Shown: piece after piece, positions 1 through 8,109 of the stretch
How the letters are laid out: every line of letters starts with the position of its first letter
Numbering within the stretch: the stretch's first letter is position 1
Origin: an uncultured bacterium
GTDB lineage: Bacteria; Abyssobacteria; SURF-5
Assembly (NCBI GenBank): GCA_964510165.1
Contig: CAZEBC010000042.1
Coordinates: 1,732 to 16,727, forward strand
Direction of reading: 5' to 3'
DNA length: 14,996 nt
The notes under the pieces: generated by a model
The model's input: only the letters and a program-made list of their open reading frames with translations
What the model was told of the DNA's origin: nothing
Databases searched by the model: none
Made by a program: the position numbers and the translations under genes

Positions 1-1
1 C

Positions 2-700
2 TCCGTCCTGCCCGCCATGAGCCATGAGAGCGGAGGGTCAAATCCGAGCTTCGGATCAAGTCGAGGAGTTGGAGGTTCACAGGCGCCGCGTGTGACTCCC
101 GGCCCGGCTCTCCAAACGGCAGGCCCGGATGGTTTCGAGCTTTCTTCTTCGCGGTCGGCCTGTCCCAGACAACGGGAAGCGAGGCGGAGCCCCCGGGGCC
201 GATGAGCCGGTACGCTTCTGCGGCGTGAGATAGCTTCGACAGATTGTCATAGATCCCGAAAAAGGTCTCCGCGTCTTTGTCGTTGAAAGTCACGAGGCCC
301 AGATAGGTGTAGCTGTCGCCCGTGATGCAGTCGGGATGCACGTCGCCGACTTCAAAGAACGGGTGTCGCGCGTTTGATTTGAGCCGGAACGTGGTCTTCG
401 GGTCGAAGCCCGGCGACGCCGGGCACACAGCGATGGGCGCGTCCTGCGCGTATTCGGGGAAAAGAAGATTCGCGTCGAAGATAAGATTGTTCTTCGTGTC
501 GTCAATCCGCGGGAATCGGTCCTTGTTTTCGGTCGCGTACAGGCTCAACACCATGCCCAGTTGCTTCAGGTTCTCGACGCACGTGCTCCGGTGGGCGCTC
601 TCCCGGGCCGAACCCAACAAGGGCAAAGCCAAGGCCCCGATATCCCGAGGACGAGCATGATGGCGACGATCTCCACAATGGTGAGTTTCTTCAGCCGCAT
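2..700 (-). CDS. Prepilin-like N-terminal / DUF1559-type protein, 3' end outside the window
   Basis: Not in the ORF track. Hand translation from ATG at 700 stays open to the window edge: MRLKKLTIVEIVAIMLVLGISGALALPLLGSARESAHRSTCVENLKQLGMVLSLYATENKDRFP...AVCPAS...DSYTYLG...LPVVWDRP. This matches the pattern TxxE-hydrophobic helix-LP..ARE.A.R..C..NLKQLG....Y..EN...FP. Confidence 0.85.
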
Positions 701-809
701 GATTGGTCTTTTTTTCGGGGACTGGGTTTGCCAAAATCATCCAATCCTGACGATTTCTTGGCGTCTTGGTGGTCAAGAACGTCTTTGTCTGCTAGCGTCG
801 CTTGTTTTC

Positions 810-961
810 GGGGCAAGGCGCGCCGAGCCGGAAGACACGTGGCTGCGCGTTTACGACCGGGCGGTTCCCGCATCCCCCGACCTTCCCGCCACATCGAGGC
901 CAAGAAGCGGGAATCCGCTCGGTCGGACAGACGGAGGGTATCGGCCGACGCGCCGCGCCCC
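810..961 (-). ncRNA. ssrS: Probable 6S RNA (ends approximate)
   Basis: Hand folding gives a closing stem (961-942 with 830-810), an asymmetric central bubble (941-926 unpaired; 853-831 with a small hairpin ACGCG/CGTGT), an inner stem (925-907 with 871-854) and a terminal stem (906-897 with 883-874, 13-nt loop). Several pairs are G-U only on the minus strand. Confidence 0.7.
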
Positions 962-1035
962 TGCATTCTCCCTTTCGCCTTGTGAGTGTCTGAGCACTAA
1001 GAGAGCCTCCGGCCTTCCAGGGCCCCGCTCTTACC

Positions 1036-1064
1036 TTGCAACTGTCCGCCAAATACAATATTAT
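1036..1064 (+). promoter_or_regulatory. sigma-70-type promoter for the UroD-family gene
   Basis: TTGCAA (1036-1041), 17 nt, TATTAT (1059-1064); RBS AAGGAG at 1101-1106. Confidence 0.6.
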
Positions 1065-1112
1065 ATTTCCGCCGGATCATCGTGGCGCCGATTGACGCGA
1101 AAGGAGAGTTAC

Positions 1113-2195
1113 ATGCAGCCCCGCGACAGAATGCTGGCGGCGCTTGCCTTGAAGCAGCCCGACAGAGTTCCCGTGTGGGAACTGGCCTTCAACGAAGAGA
1201 GCATAATCGGGATCGCCCGTTATTTCACCTCCGATGTCCCGCCTCTGAAGCAGGCCAGCGACATGACGCTGGAGGAGAAGATACAACTCTTCGAGGCGAT
1301 GTGCACGCTGGTGGAAGAACTGGACCTGGACGGCATCACGCTGCTGCCGCTCGGACAACGGGAAAAGTTCGGCCAAAACCTTATCCGCGATGAACTCGGC
1401 GTAGTATTGCGGCTGAGCGACCACGGGTCTCCCTATCCGGTGGACGGTCCCATTCAGGACGCGGCCGATCTAAAGACCTTCAGACTCGGGACTCCAGACC
1501 CCGCCGAGTTGATGGGGCTTCATTACGCTGTTCAGAAATTCAAGGGACGCCGCGCGATCGTATTTCATACGCCCGGCACGTTCAAACTGAGCTGGAGCCT
1601 GCGGGGCGCGATGGAGAAGCTGCTCCTGGACTACCTGACGCAGCCCAAACTCGTGCGCGAACTCGCGCGCATGACAACGGACTACTGCATGAAACTCCAT
1701 TCAATGGCAATTGACGCGGGCGCCGAGGTCATCGCCCTTGAGGGAGACCTCGCCTTCAACACGAACAGCCTGATGTCGCCCGCCCACTATGCGGAGTTCA
1801 TAGGGCCGTACCACAAGGAGATCGTGGACAACGTGCACCGCAAGGGCGCGAAGATATTCAAGCATTCCGACGGCAACCTCTGGCCCATCCTAGACATGCT
1901 CCTCGACTGCGGCTTCGACGGCATCCATCCCATCCAGCCTCAGTGCATGGACATCGGCGAGGTGAAGCGTCATCTTCAAGGAAAAGCGTGCGTGATGGGC
2001 AATATAGACTGCATGTATCTGCTGTGCGAGGGGACAACGGCAGAACTGGAAGATGCGGTGCGAACCACAATCGAGGCCGCAGCGCCCGGCGGCGGCTATA
2101 TCATGTCCTCGTCAAACAGCATTCACCCCGGCTGCAAGCCCGAGAACTACATCGCAATGGTCCACGCCGCGAGGAAATTCGGAAAGTACGAGTGA
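1113..2195 (+). CDS. Uroporphyrinogen decarboxylase superfamily protein (MtaA/CmuA-like branch, not canonical HemE)
   Basis: ATG 1113 after AAGGAG; MQPRDRMLAALALKQPDRVPV, LRGAME, GDLAF, KHSDGN, GFDGIHPIQP, GNID, GGGYIMSSSNSI. No WxMRQAGR HemE motif. 360 aa. Confidence 0.9.
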   Translation: MQPRDRMLAALALKQPDRVPVWELAFNEESIIGIARYFTSDVPPLKQASDMTLEEKIQLFEAMCTLVEELDLDGITLLPLGQREKFGQNLIRDELGVVLRLSDHGSPYPVDGPIQDAADLKTFRLGTPDPAELMGLHYAVQKFKGRRAIVFHTPGTFKLSWSLRGAMEKLLLDYLTQPKLVRELARMTTDYCMKLHSMAIDAGAEVIALEGDLAFNTNSLMSPAHYAEFIGPYHKEIVDNVHRKGAKIFKHSDGNLWPILDMLLDCGFDGIHPIQPQCMDIGEVKRHLQGKACVMGNIDCMYLLCEGTTAELEDAVRTTIEAAAPGGGYIMSSSNSIHPGCKPENYIAMVHAARKFGKYE

Positions 2196-2217
2196 GGCAT
2201 TTGGGATAGTAAAAATG

Positions 2218-2296
2218 TGGGGTGAGCGACGGGAGTTGAACCCGCGACCCCCAGGGCCACAACCTGGTGCTCTAACCGGACTGAGCTACGCCCACC
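2218..2296 (-). tRNA. tRNA-His(GTG)
   Basis: Cloverleaf with G-1, acceptor GTGGGCG/CGCTCAC, C73, encoded CCA, anticodon arm CCAGG-TTGTGGC-CCTGG, T loop TTCAACT. Confidence 0.98.
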
Positions 2297-2361
2297 ATAT
2301 AGCGCCGCGCACTCGGGGACATTTCTAAGACCACAACCCACGAACGCCGGCCAATCTTGCG

Positions 2362-2435
2362 CGCGCCAGGGGGGACTCGAACCCTCAACCCACGGCTTAG
2401 AAGGCCGTTGCTCTGTCCACTTGAGCTACTGGCGC
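2362..2435 (-). tRNA. tRNA-Arg(TCT), CCA not encoded
   Basis: Acceptor GCGCCAG/CTGGCGC plus G73, anticodon arm ACGGC-CTTCTAA-GCCGT, T arm GAGGG-TTCGAGT-CCCCC. Confidence 0.96.
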
Positions 2436-2485
2436 ACATCAAAGATGTGCGCGGCCCCCACATAAAAAGAGTGCCACGCCTTCTT

Positions 2486-2514
2486 ATTATAATGCGTGAC
2501 ACCCTTCAAGTCAA
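2486..2514 (-). promoter_or_regulatory. sigma-70 promoter of the tRNA-Arg/tRNA-His pair
   Basis: Minus strand TTGACT (2514-2509), 17 nt, TATAAT (2491-2486), about 50 nt upstream of tRNA-Arg. Confidence 0.8.
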
Positions 2515-2548
2515 GGCCGCGCGCCGCTTTTACCCCGCTGGCCCGTGG

Positions 2549-2577
2549 TTGAATTCGGCCCCCGGCGATGATATAAT
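2549..2577 (+). promoter_or_regulatory. Divergent sigma-70 promoter facing the DUF1318-thiL run
   Basis: TTGAAT (2549-2554), 17 nt, TATAAT (2572-2577), followed by a GC-rich discriminator-like stretch. Confidence 0.6.
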
Positions 2578-2824
2578 TGCGCCGGCGCCGCGGCCGTCAA
2601 AGAACCAAGAATCCTACTACAAAAAGGTATAACACTAGGATAATGATTGAAAACATTATCTGGAAATCGAACCAGTCAATTACGAGTCTCATATACCTCC
2701 CCTCCGTGTCAATAACTCAATTGAATCATTGAATGCTTGGGGATTTCTATTATTATTTTGTCACTTAAGCTTCTCTCCGGCAAGGCGCCTGGAAGCGCTA
2801 AAATTGATAAGGCGGTGGCTGACG

Positions 2825-3466
2825 ATGCTAAAGAGGACTCACTGCTGTGTGGCTGTCTTGTGTGTGTCGGTGCTGACTTCTTGCGCCGGGTGGATGTCCT
2901 TCGAACAGGAACAGTCATCTTTTCCCGATGATAAGATAGCCACGTTGGCAGGTCAGATAGAGGACCTTGTCCAAAATACCCGGCTCGAGCAGCCCAAGGC
3001 GGAAAACATAGGCGTCGACCCTCAAACGGGCGAAGTGCTCTCAGATATCGACCCGATTAGCCTTATAATCGGCGCCGAAGAGATCAGGCAAAAGGCCCCG
3101 GCTCTGGCCGAACTCGGCGCCGACAATGAAATCATGCTGGCCGCGGTTCGCGGAAGAATCCTCCGCCGTCCCGCGGTGTATGACCTTGAGCAGAAGGGCT
3201 GCGTGGGCGAGAACCGTCAGGGCTTTATTGAGAACCTCGGCGGCGCCGCTTGTTCCCGAGACAGCAGCGACAAAGACCGTGCCGCATATGTCGTCTGGCT
3301 CGAGAACCGGGACCGGCGCACGATTCATGAGCAGGTGGCCAAGGCCGCAGGAGTGGGCAATCAGGGCGTGAGTCGCGTGCGGGAACTGTTCGCGCAGCAG
3401 GCCCGTCAGAAGGCATGGGCGGGCACTCCTCTCCAGATGGAGGATGGGGCCTGGGTGAAGAAATGA
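2825..3466 (+). CDS. Lipoprotein with C-terminal DUF1318 (YdbL-like) domain
   Basis: ATG 2825 gives signal peptide MLKRTHCCVAVLCVSVLTS-C20 (lipobox LTSC). C-terminal GCVGENRQG...ENRDRRTIHEQVA...FAQQARQKAWAGTPLQMEDGAWVKK fits DUF1318. Confidence 0.8.
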   Translation: MLKRTHCCVAVLCVSVLTSCAGWMSFEQEQSSFPDDKIATLAGQIEDLVQNTRLEQPKAENIGVDPQTGEVLSDIDPISLIIGAEEIRQKAPALAELGADNEIMLAAVRGRILRRPAVYDLEQKGCVGENRQGFIENLGGAACSRDSSDKDRAAYVVWLENRDRRTIHEQVAKAAGVGNQGVSRVRELFAQQARQKAWAGTPLQMEDGAWVKK

Positions 3467-4482
3467 CGCCGCACGTAGGCGAGATGGGCGAGTTCGAAAT
3501 GATACGGCTCATGACCGACGGCCTCACCTACGACCCGCGAACGGTCGTCGGCGTGGGTGATGACTGCGCCGTATACGAAATCTCGAAGGGCCGCTACCTC
3601 CTCGCCACTTGCGATATGCTCATCGAGGACGTTCACTTCACGCGGAAGACCGCGTCGGCCTTTCTCATCGGATGCAAGGCGATGGCGTGCAGTCTGAGCG
3701 ACGTCGCCGCGATGGGCGGCAGGCCTTTGTTCGCGCTTGTTTCGGTCGGGTTCCCGTCCTCGACGCCAACCGAGTTCGCGCAGGACCTCTATGTCGGCAT
3801 CCGCTCCATGTGCCGTGATTACGGCGTCACGCTCGCGGGCGGCGACACGGTGCGCTCGCCCGACAGGATAGTCATCGACGTCTCGATGACGGGCGAATGT
3901 CCACGTGGAAAGTATGCGCTGCGGTCGGGCGCGAAGGCGGGCGACGCAATCGTTGTGACCGGTTATCTCGGCGATTCCGCCGCCGGGCTCGACCTGCTCA
4001 GCGGAAAGGCGATTGAGCGTGACACGGAGCGGCGCAGCGCGCTCGCCGAGGCGCACCTCGCTCCCGAGCCGCGGTGCGAGCAGGGCGCGTTCCTCTGCGA
4101 GAATTTCGATATCCATTCGATGATTGACATAAGCGATGGACTGGCGGGCGACTTGGCGCACATCTGCGAGAGCAGCCGCCTCGGCGCTCGCATCCAGGCC
4201 GGAAACATTCCTCTTTCAAGGAACCTCCAGGAATTCTGCGATTCTGCCGGGCGCGATCCGCTCAAGTACGCGCTCGAGGGCGGCGAAGATTATGAACTGC
4301 TGTTCACACTCGCCCCGAAGGAGTTTGAGCGCCTTGCGAACGAGTGGTCGGAACAGTTTGACCTGCCGCTGGCGCGGATAGGTGAGATATCCGACGCATT
4401 TGAGGGCATTCACATCCTCCAAGATGGCGGCGAGCGCCCCCTCGATGCGCGCTCGTTCGACCATTTCAGAAAAGCACCCTGA
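3463..4482 (+). CDS. thiL: Thiamine-monophosphate kinase
   Basis: ATGA overlap with the upstream stop; GEFEMI, VGVGDDCA, DMLIEDVHF, SLSDVAAMGG, GGDT, RSGAKAGD, IDISDGL, GGEDYELLFT, FDHF. Confidence 0.96.
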   Translation: MTPHVGEMGEFEMIRLMTDGLTYDPRTVVGVGDDCAVYEISKGRYLLATCDMLIEDVHFTRKTASAFLIGCKAMACSLSDVAAMGGRPLFALVSVGFPSSTPTEFAQDLYVGIRSMCRDYGVTLAGGDTVRSPDRIVIDVSMTGECPRGKYALRSGAKAGDAIVVTGYLGDSAAGLDLLSGKAIERDTERRSALAEAHLAPEPRCEQGAFLCENFDIHSMIDISDGLAGDLAHICESSRLGARIQAGNIPLSRNLQEFCDSAGRDPLKYALEGGEDYELLFTLAPKEFERLANEWSEQFDLPLARIGEISDAFEGIHILQDGGERPLDARSFDHFRKAP

Positions 4483-5414
4483 TGAAAGATCTCCTGCTCA
4501 ATCTCGCCTCCGCCGTCCGTAAGTCCGTGCGGCCCTGGGTGCTCCAGGCGCGCGGCGGAGAGGTGGTCGGCAGTGCTCCCAGCGGCGACGCCACTTTTAA
4601 GATAGATCAAATCGCGGAACAGCATCTCGCCGATTTCCTCGCCCGCGCCGGCAAGCCAGTCGCGTGCTTTTCAGAAGATAAGGGACTCGTCACGCCGCCC
4701 AGCGGAAAGCCTGGGTGGTTGCTCGTGGTTGACCCGATCGATGGCAGCCGCAATGCCAAGAGCGGGTTCGAGGCGTGCATGGTCTCGATCGCACTCGCGC
4801 GCTTCGGCGCGCGGCCCACGCTGGCCGATGTTACCCACGGCGTGTTGACTGAGATCGTGGGCGACCGCATCTTCTACGCCGAGAAGGATGGGCCAGTCGA
4901 GATAACGGTCGGCGGAAACGCGGCCAAACCTGCGCTTTCAGAAACTCATGACCTCAGCCTGCTCCGCTGGAGCCTTACCATGCCGGGCCGGCCAGCCTCG
5001 CTCGTGTTCCCCGTGATGGCCGACCTCATCGATGTCTCTTCGGTAAGAGGCGGCTTCTTCTCCTGCAACAGCACATGTTATTCGATCAGCCGCATCGTGA
5101 CCGGCCAGCTCGACGCCTATGTGGATATCGCCAACCGCATCCTGCGCGATGCGCCCAAGACCGAGGCGGTCTTCCGGCGCACCGCCTGCGGGCGGCTCAC
5201 CGGATTCAGCTCATATGACATCGCAGCCGCCCACCTGATCGCCAAACAGGCGGGCGTAATCATCAGCGACGCCTATGGCAACTCGCTCGAGGACATGCTC
5301 CTGCTCGATACCTCGTCCGCCAATCTTCGCTCCTGCCTGGCGGCCTCCAACAAAAAACTGTATAATGAATTGTTGGGATACATCAATGACCATATGCGCG
5401 CAATGAAGCCGTAG
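4482..5414 (+). CDS. Inositol monophosphatase / FBPase (FIG superfamily) protein
   Basis: TGATG overlap with thiL; GDATFKIDQIAE, FSEDKG, VVDPIDGS, GQLDAYVD, YDIAAAHLIAKQAG metal-binding motifs. Confidence 0.9.
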   Translation: MKDLLLNLASAVRKSVRPWVLQARGGEVVGSAPSGDATFKIDQIAEQHLADFLARAGKPVACFSEDKGLVTPPSGKPGWLLVVDPIDGSRNAKSGFEACMVSIALARFGARPTLADVTHGVLTEIVGDRIFYAEKDGPVEITVGGNAAKPALSETHDLSLLRWSLTMPGRPASLVFPVMADLIDVSSVRGGFFSCNSTCYSISRIVTGQLDAYVDIANRILRDAPKTEAVFRRTACGRLTGFSSYDIAAAHLIAKQAGVIISDAYGNSLEDMLLLDTSSANLRSCLAASNKKLYNELLGYINDHMRAMKP

Positions 5415-5470
5415 GTGCGAATTCATTCGCGCTCACTGCGGGTGTTGCTTCGTGTAAGACCTTCAACGAC

Positions 5471-5701
5471 ATGGAACCGCGAACCGAACTGGCCAGATTC
5501 CTGATGATTGTGGGCACGGTCATTTTCGCGATCGGGCTCGTCGTGCTCCTTGCGCCCAAGATTCCTTGGATAGGCAGGCTGCCGGGCGACATCGACATCC
5601 GAGGGAACAACTACCGCATCTACATCCCCATCATAACCTGCATTATTCTCAGCATTCTCCTCACCCTCCTGCTCAATCTGATAAACTTCTTGAGAAGATA
5701 A
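5471..5701 (+). CDS. DUF2905 family small membrane protein
   Basis: Two hydrophobic helices flanking PWIGRLPGDIDIRGNNYRIYIPIITCIILSILLT. Confidence 0.92.
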   Translation: MEPRTELARFLMIVGTVIFAIGLVVLLAPKIPWIGRLPGDIDIRGNNYRIYIPIITCIILSILLTLLLNLINFLRR

Positions 5702-5715
5702 GTTCGCAACACGTA

Positions 5716-5745
5716 TTGAACACACCCGGGATGGCAGACTATAAT
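5716..5745 (+). promoter_or_regulatory. Possible sigma-70 promoter for the membrane protein gene
   Basis: TTGAAC (5716-5721), 18 nt, TATAAT (5740-5745). Confidence 0.45.
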
Positions 5746-5819
5746 CTTGTCGGCGCATGGCGCGGCGAAAACCGCGAAACAAGTTGTGACCCTTCGGGTT
5801 TGATTTGAAGACCTCTTGG

Positions 5820-7403
5820 ATGGCCTTACTGACACTGACAAAGAAATCAGAAAACGTTTCCGAAACTGGCAGTGGCTCCCCGGAAAAGCAGGCGTTTCCT
5901 CGCGCATCCAAACGCTCGTTCTTCCTGGTCTTCGCCTCTTATCTGACTGTTGTCTTCATCTGCTTCGGCGATGCGTTGGGATACTACTTCACGAAAGAGG
6001 ATTTCTATGTCCTCGATATCGGCGGGATGAACCAGTTCCTCAGGGAATTCACGCCCTTCTTCATGGTCTACCGTCCCCTGGCAATCTACGGCTACTTCGC
6101 AATCGGGCGCCAACTCTTCGGGATGGACCCCGTTTTGTGGCATTTGGCGAACCTGGCGCTGCATGCGCTCGCAGGCGCACTGCTGTTCCTATTCGCTTGC
6201 AGGCTTACTGCCGACCGGAAGCTCGGCTTTCTCTGCGGGCTCGCCTACCTTGTCAATCTCGCGAACTTCCACGCGATCTATTGGGTGACAATCTGCATGC
6301 AAACGCTGACTCTGCTGGCCGCCCTCGCCGTGTGGTTGCTGTATTTCAGGGCAATGAACCCGGGAAGCGCGATGGTCAAGGCTCTCTGCGCGATTGCCTT
6401 CGCCGCCGCCCTCTTGCTCAACGAGGTGAACGTGACGATGCCGGCCCTTCTGCTCGTGTACGCGGCCATCTACCGCCGAGACAGGATTTCCTGGCCGAAA
6501 CTCAATTCGCTCGACATATTGCTCTGGGCGGTACTGGCTTTGTATATGGCCGTGAGAATTGTCGGATTCTGGCTGGGCGGCAGGCTTACGTTCATGGGGT
6601 TGTACGAGACCGGTTCAAGATTGGAAATCCTCCGAAATATGGTCGCCATGCTCACAATGATGGTGGACCCGCTCTATCTGCTCTCGATGGCTCTCATATC
6701 GAGAGGAGACTTGGCCGCGATTCATTCGTTATTGTGGAACCTTGCGGCAGCCGCTCCCCTTTTGATCGGAATAATCGCTTTGGGCGTGTGGAAATGGCGC
6801 AAGAGCGGAGGTGCGGCCAATCTTACGGAGCGGCCCAAACTGCTTTTGTTCGGCGCTGCGTGGGTGGTGGCGTGCCTTGTCCCGTCGAGCACCATCACTC
6901 CACCCGTTCCCTGGCGAGCCAATGTCGCGCTTGTGGGCTATTGTCTCATTCTCGCGAGCGTGCTGGCGCCCCTTGCCCGCAAGAAAGTCTTCTACGTTGC
7001 GCTGGTGGCCGTCTTGCCTCTTTGGGGCTGGTGGGGCATGGATCAGATTCGGAAATATGACGACCCCAACATCGGATTTGATTCGAATCAGGACAAGCGC
7101 ATGGGCCTGCCGATACAGATACATCGGTCACAGATCATCTGTCGAAACGTGACCGAGGACGTGGAGACATATTTGGAAACGTTTCCACAAGTTGAAGAGG
7201 TGATCACTCCCAACCTGTTCACCAGCCGCGAATTCTACCACGCGACGTTTGCGGGTCAGCAATTCAATGTGATACTCCCGAAACGGGTCAAGTACCTCTA
7301 TCCTTCCCAGGAACGCGATCCTCGCAAAACGCTGCTGGTACTGCTCTATTCCGAGGAAGATTCGCGCCTGCGCCTGGCGGCGGTCCTCCCGCCCGAGAGA
7401 TAA
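5820..7403 (+). CDS. Polytopic membrane protein, GT-C fold (GT39/ArnT/TMTC-like) glycosyltransferase candidate
   Basis: Many hydrophobic helices; acidic EDF after the first helix, YRPL, WHLANLALHAL, AIYW, LLLNE; soluble C-terminal tail. Start uncertain (ATG 5820 or TTG 5805). Confidence 0.7.
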   Translation: MALLTLTKKSENVSETGSGSPEKQAFPRASKRSFFLVFASYLTVVFICFGDALGYYFTKEDFYVLDIGGMNQFLREFTPFFMVYRPLAIYGYFAIGRQLFGMDPVLWHLANLALHALAGALLFLFACRLTADRKLGFLCGLAYLVNLANFHAIYWVTICMQTLTLLAALAVWLLYFRAMNPGSAMVKALCAIAFAAALLLNEVNVTMPALLLVYAAIYRRDRISWPKLNSLDILLWAVLALYMAVRIVGFWLGGRLTFMGLYETGSRLEILRNMVAMLTMMVDPLYLLSMALISRGDLAAIHSLLWNLAAAAPLLIGIIALGVWKWRKSGGAANLTERPKLLLFGAAWVVACLVPSSTITPPVPWRANVALVGYCLILASVLAPLARKKVFYVALVAVLPLWGWWGMDQIRKYDDPNIGFDSNQDKRMGLPIQIHRSQIICRNVTEDVETYLETFPQVEEVITPNLFTSREFYHATFAGQQFNVILPKRVKYLYPSQERDPRKTLLVLLYSEEDSRLRLAAVLPPER

Positions 7404-7468
7404 CTCAAATCCCGCTCAGTATTATTTCGCGATGCGCGGGGTTTCTCAGCTGAGCCCTTCAGGTGGTC

Positions 7469-7810
7469 TCACGAATTGTCCCCCTCAATCGCGACCGGGA
7501 CGCCGTGTTTGAGGATGTAAGCGGCGAAACTGGCGGGCTCGGCGTGGGTGAGCGCCTCGGCGGGAAAGAAGTGGATATCGATGTCATCTCCGACTTCCTT
7601 CTGAATAATGACTGCGATTTCGGCGCGCTTCCGAAAGTCCCAGTGATCCCGAGTCTCAATAAAAGCTGCTACATCTATGTCACTGAATTCGTCGATATTT
7701 CCTTCGACCTGCGAGCCGAAAAGATACGCGGCTTTGACTCGAGCGTGCCTCGACAAAGCGTCAAGTGCCTGCTTCACGCGCCGCTCGACTACAACATCAA
7801 TGACAGCCAT
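7469..7810 (-). CDS. Minimal nucleotidyltransferase (MNT, MntA-like antitoxin)
   Basis: 113 aa; AYLFGSQVEGNIDEFSDIDVA (GS-x10-DxD), DIDIH, FAAYILKHG. Confidence 0.92.
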   Translation of the reverse strand: MAVIDVVVERRVKQALDALSRHARVKAAYLFGSQVEGNIDEFSDIDVAAFIETRDHWDFRKRAEIAVIIQKEVGDDIDIHFFPAEALTHAEPASFAAYILKHGVPVAIEGDNS

Positions 7811-7909
7811 TCGAAAATCTCCCGCGTTTGGTCGAAAACCTCTTCAGGCCTTGGCGGTGTCAAGGTCGTACTGCGCCTTGTCTGCCCAACTCTGCGGAGC
7901 TGTTGACAA
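7789..7909 (-). pseudogene. HEPN-domain gene remnant with large internal deletion and frameshift
   Basis: TTG 7909 gives (M)STAPQSWADKAQYDLDTAKA-stop (7844). One base out of frame, 7845-7789 reads EEVFDQTREIFEWLSLML-stop, overlapping the MNT start. These resemble the first and last helices of ~130-aa HEPN proteins. Confidence 0.8.
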
Positions 7910-8056
7910 ATCAAGCCTTTCACGCTAAACGAATCACAATCCTTGGCGGATGCATTGACATTCATCGCTCATATCCACCATATGAGTCATCGGAACGTGC
8001 TGTGAAGCGTCTCGGCGTGTTGGGCGGCAGTTCTCAAGCCGCCCTGAGCAACACCC

Positions 8057-8090
8057 AAAGAAAAGCCGGAGGCTCATCGCCTCCGGCTTT
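8057..8090 (-). terminator. Rho-independent terminator of aor
   Basis: Minus strand AAAGCCGGAGGC-GATGA-GCCTCCGGCTTT followed by TCTTT, about 20 nt after the aor stop. Confidence 0.85.
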
Positions 8091-8109
8091 CAAGTTGCTC
8101 GTATGCGGC

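Noticed and set aside
780-1110. Cobalamin riboswitch ahead of the UroD-family gene
   Set aside because: GGGAA is present but the remaining B12-element motifs are not in order; the rod fold on the minus strand explains the region better.
561-1112. 184-aa N-terminal extension of the 561..2195 ORF
   Set aside because: Overlaps the minus-strand prepilin-like gene and the structured RNA; promoter, RBS and family N-terminus all point to ATG 1113.
2218-2435. tRNA-anchored integrative element
   Set aside because: No integrase and no duplicated tRNA 3' end seen in the window.
2643-2732. 29-codon ORF MIENIIWKSNQSITSLIYLPSVSITQLNH as a leader peptide
   Set aside because: AGGA lies only 2 nt from the ATG; no regulatory codon run or attenuator visible.
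2584-3462. TPP riboswitch upstream of thiL
   Set aside because: No CTGAGA...ACCTGA...GCGxAGG core found.
5746-5800. Hairpins (CGCGG-CGAAAA-CCGCG; ACCC-TTC-GGGT) as a riboswitch
   Set aside because: Stems are short and match no aptamer consensus I know.
5816-7060. 414-aa alternative-frame ORF inside the membrane protein gene
   Set aside because: Arg/Gly/Leu-rich and motif-free; typical off-frame product of GC-rich coding DNA.
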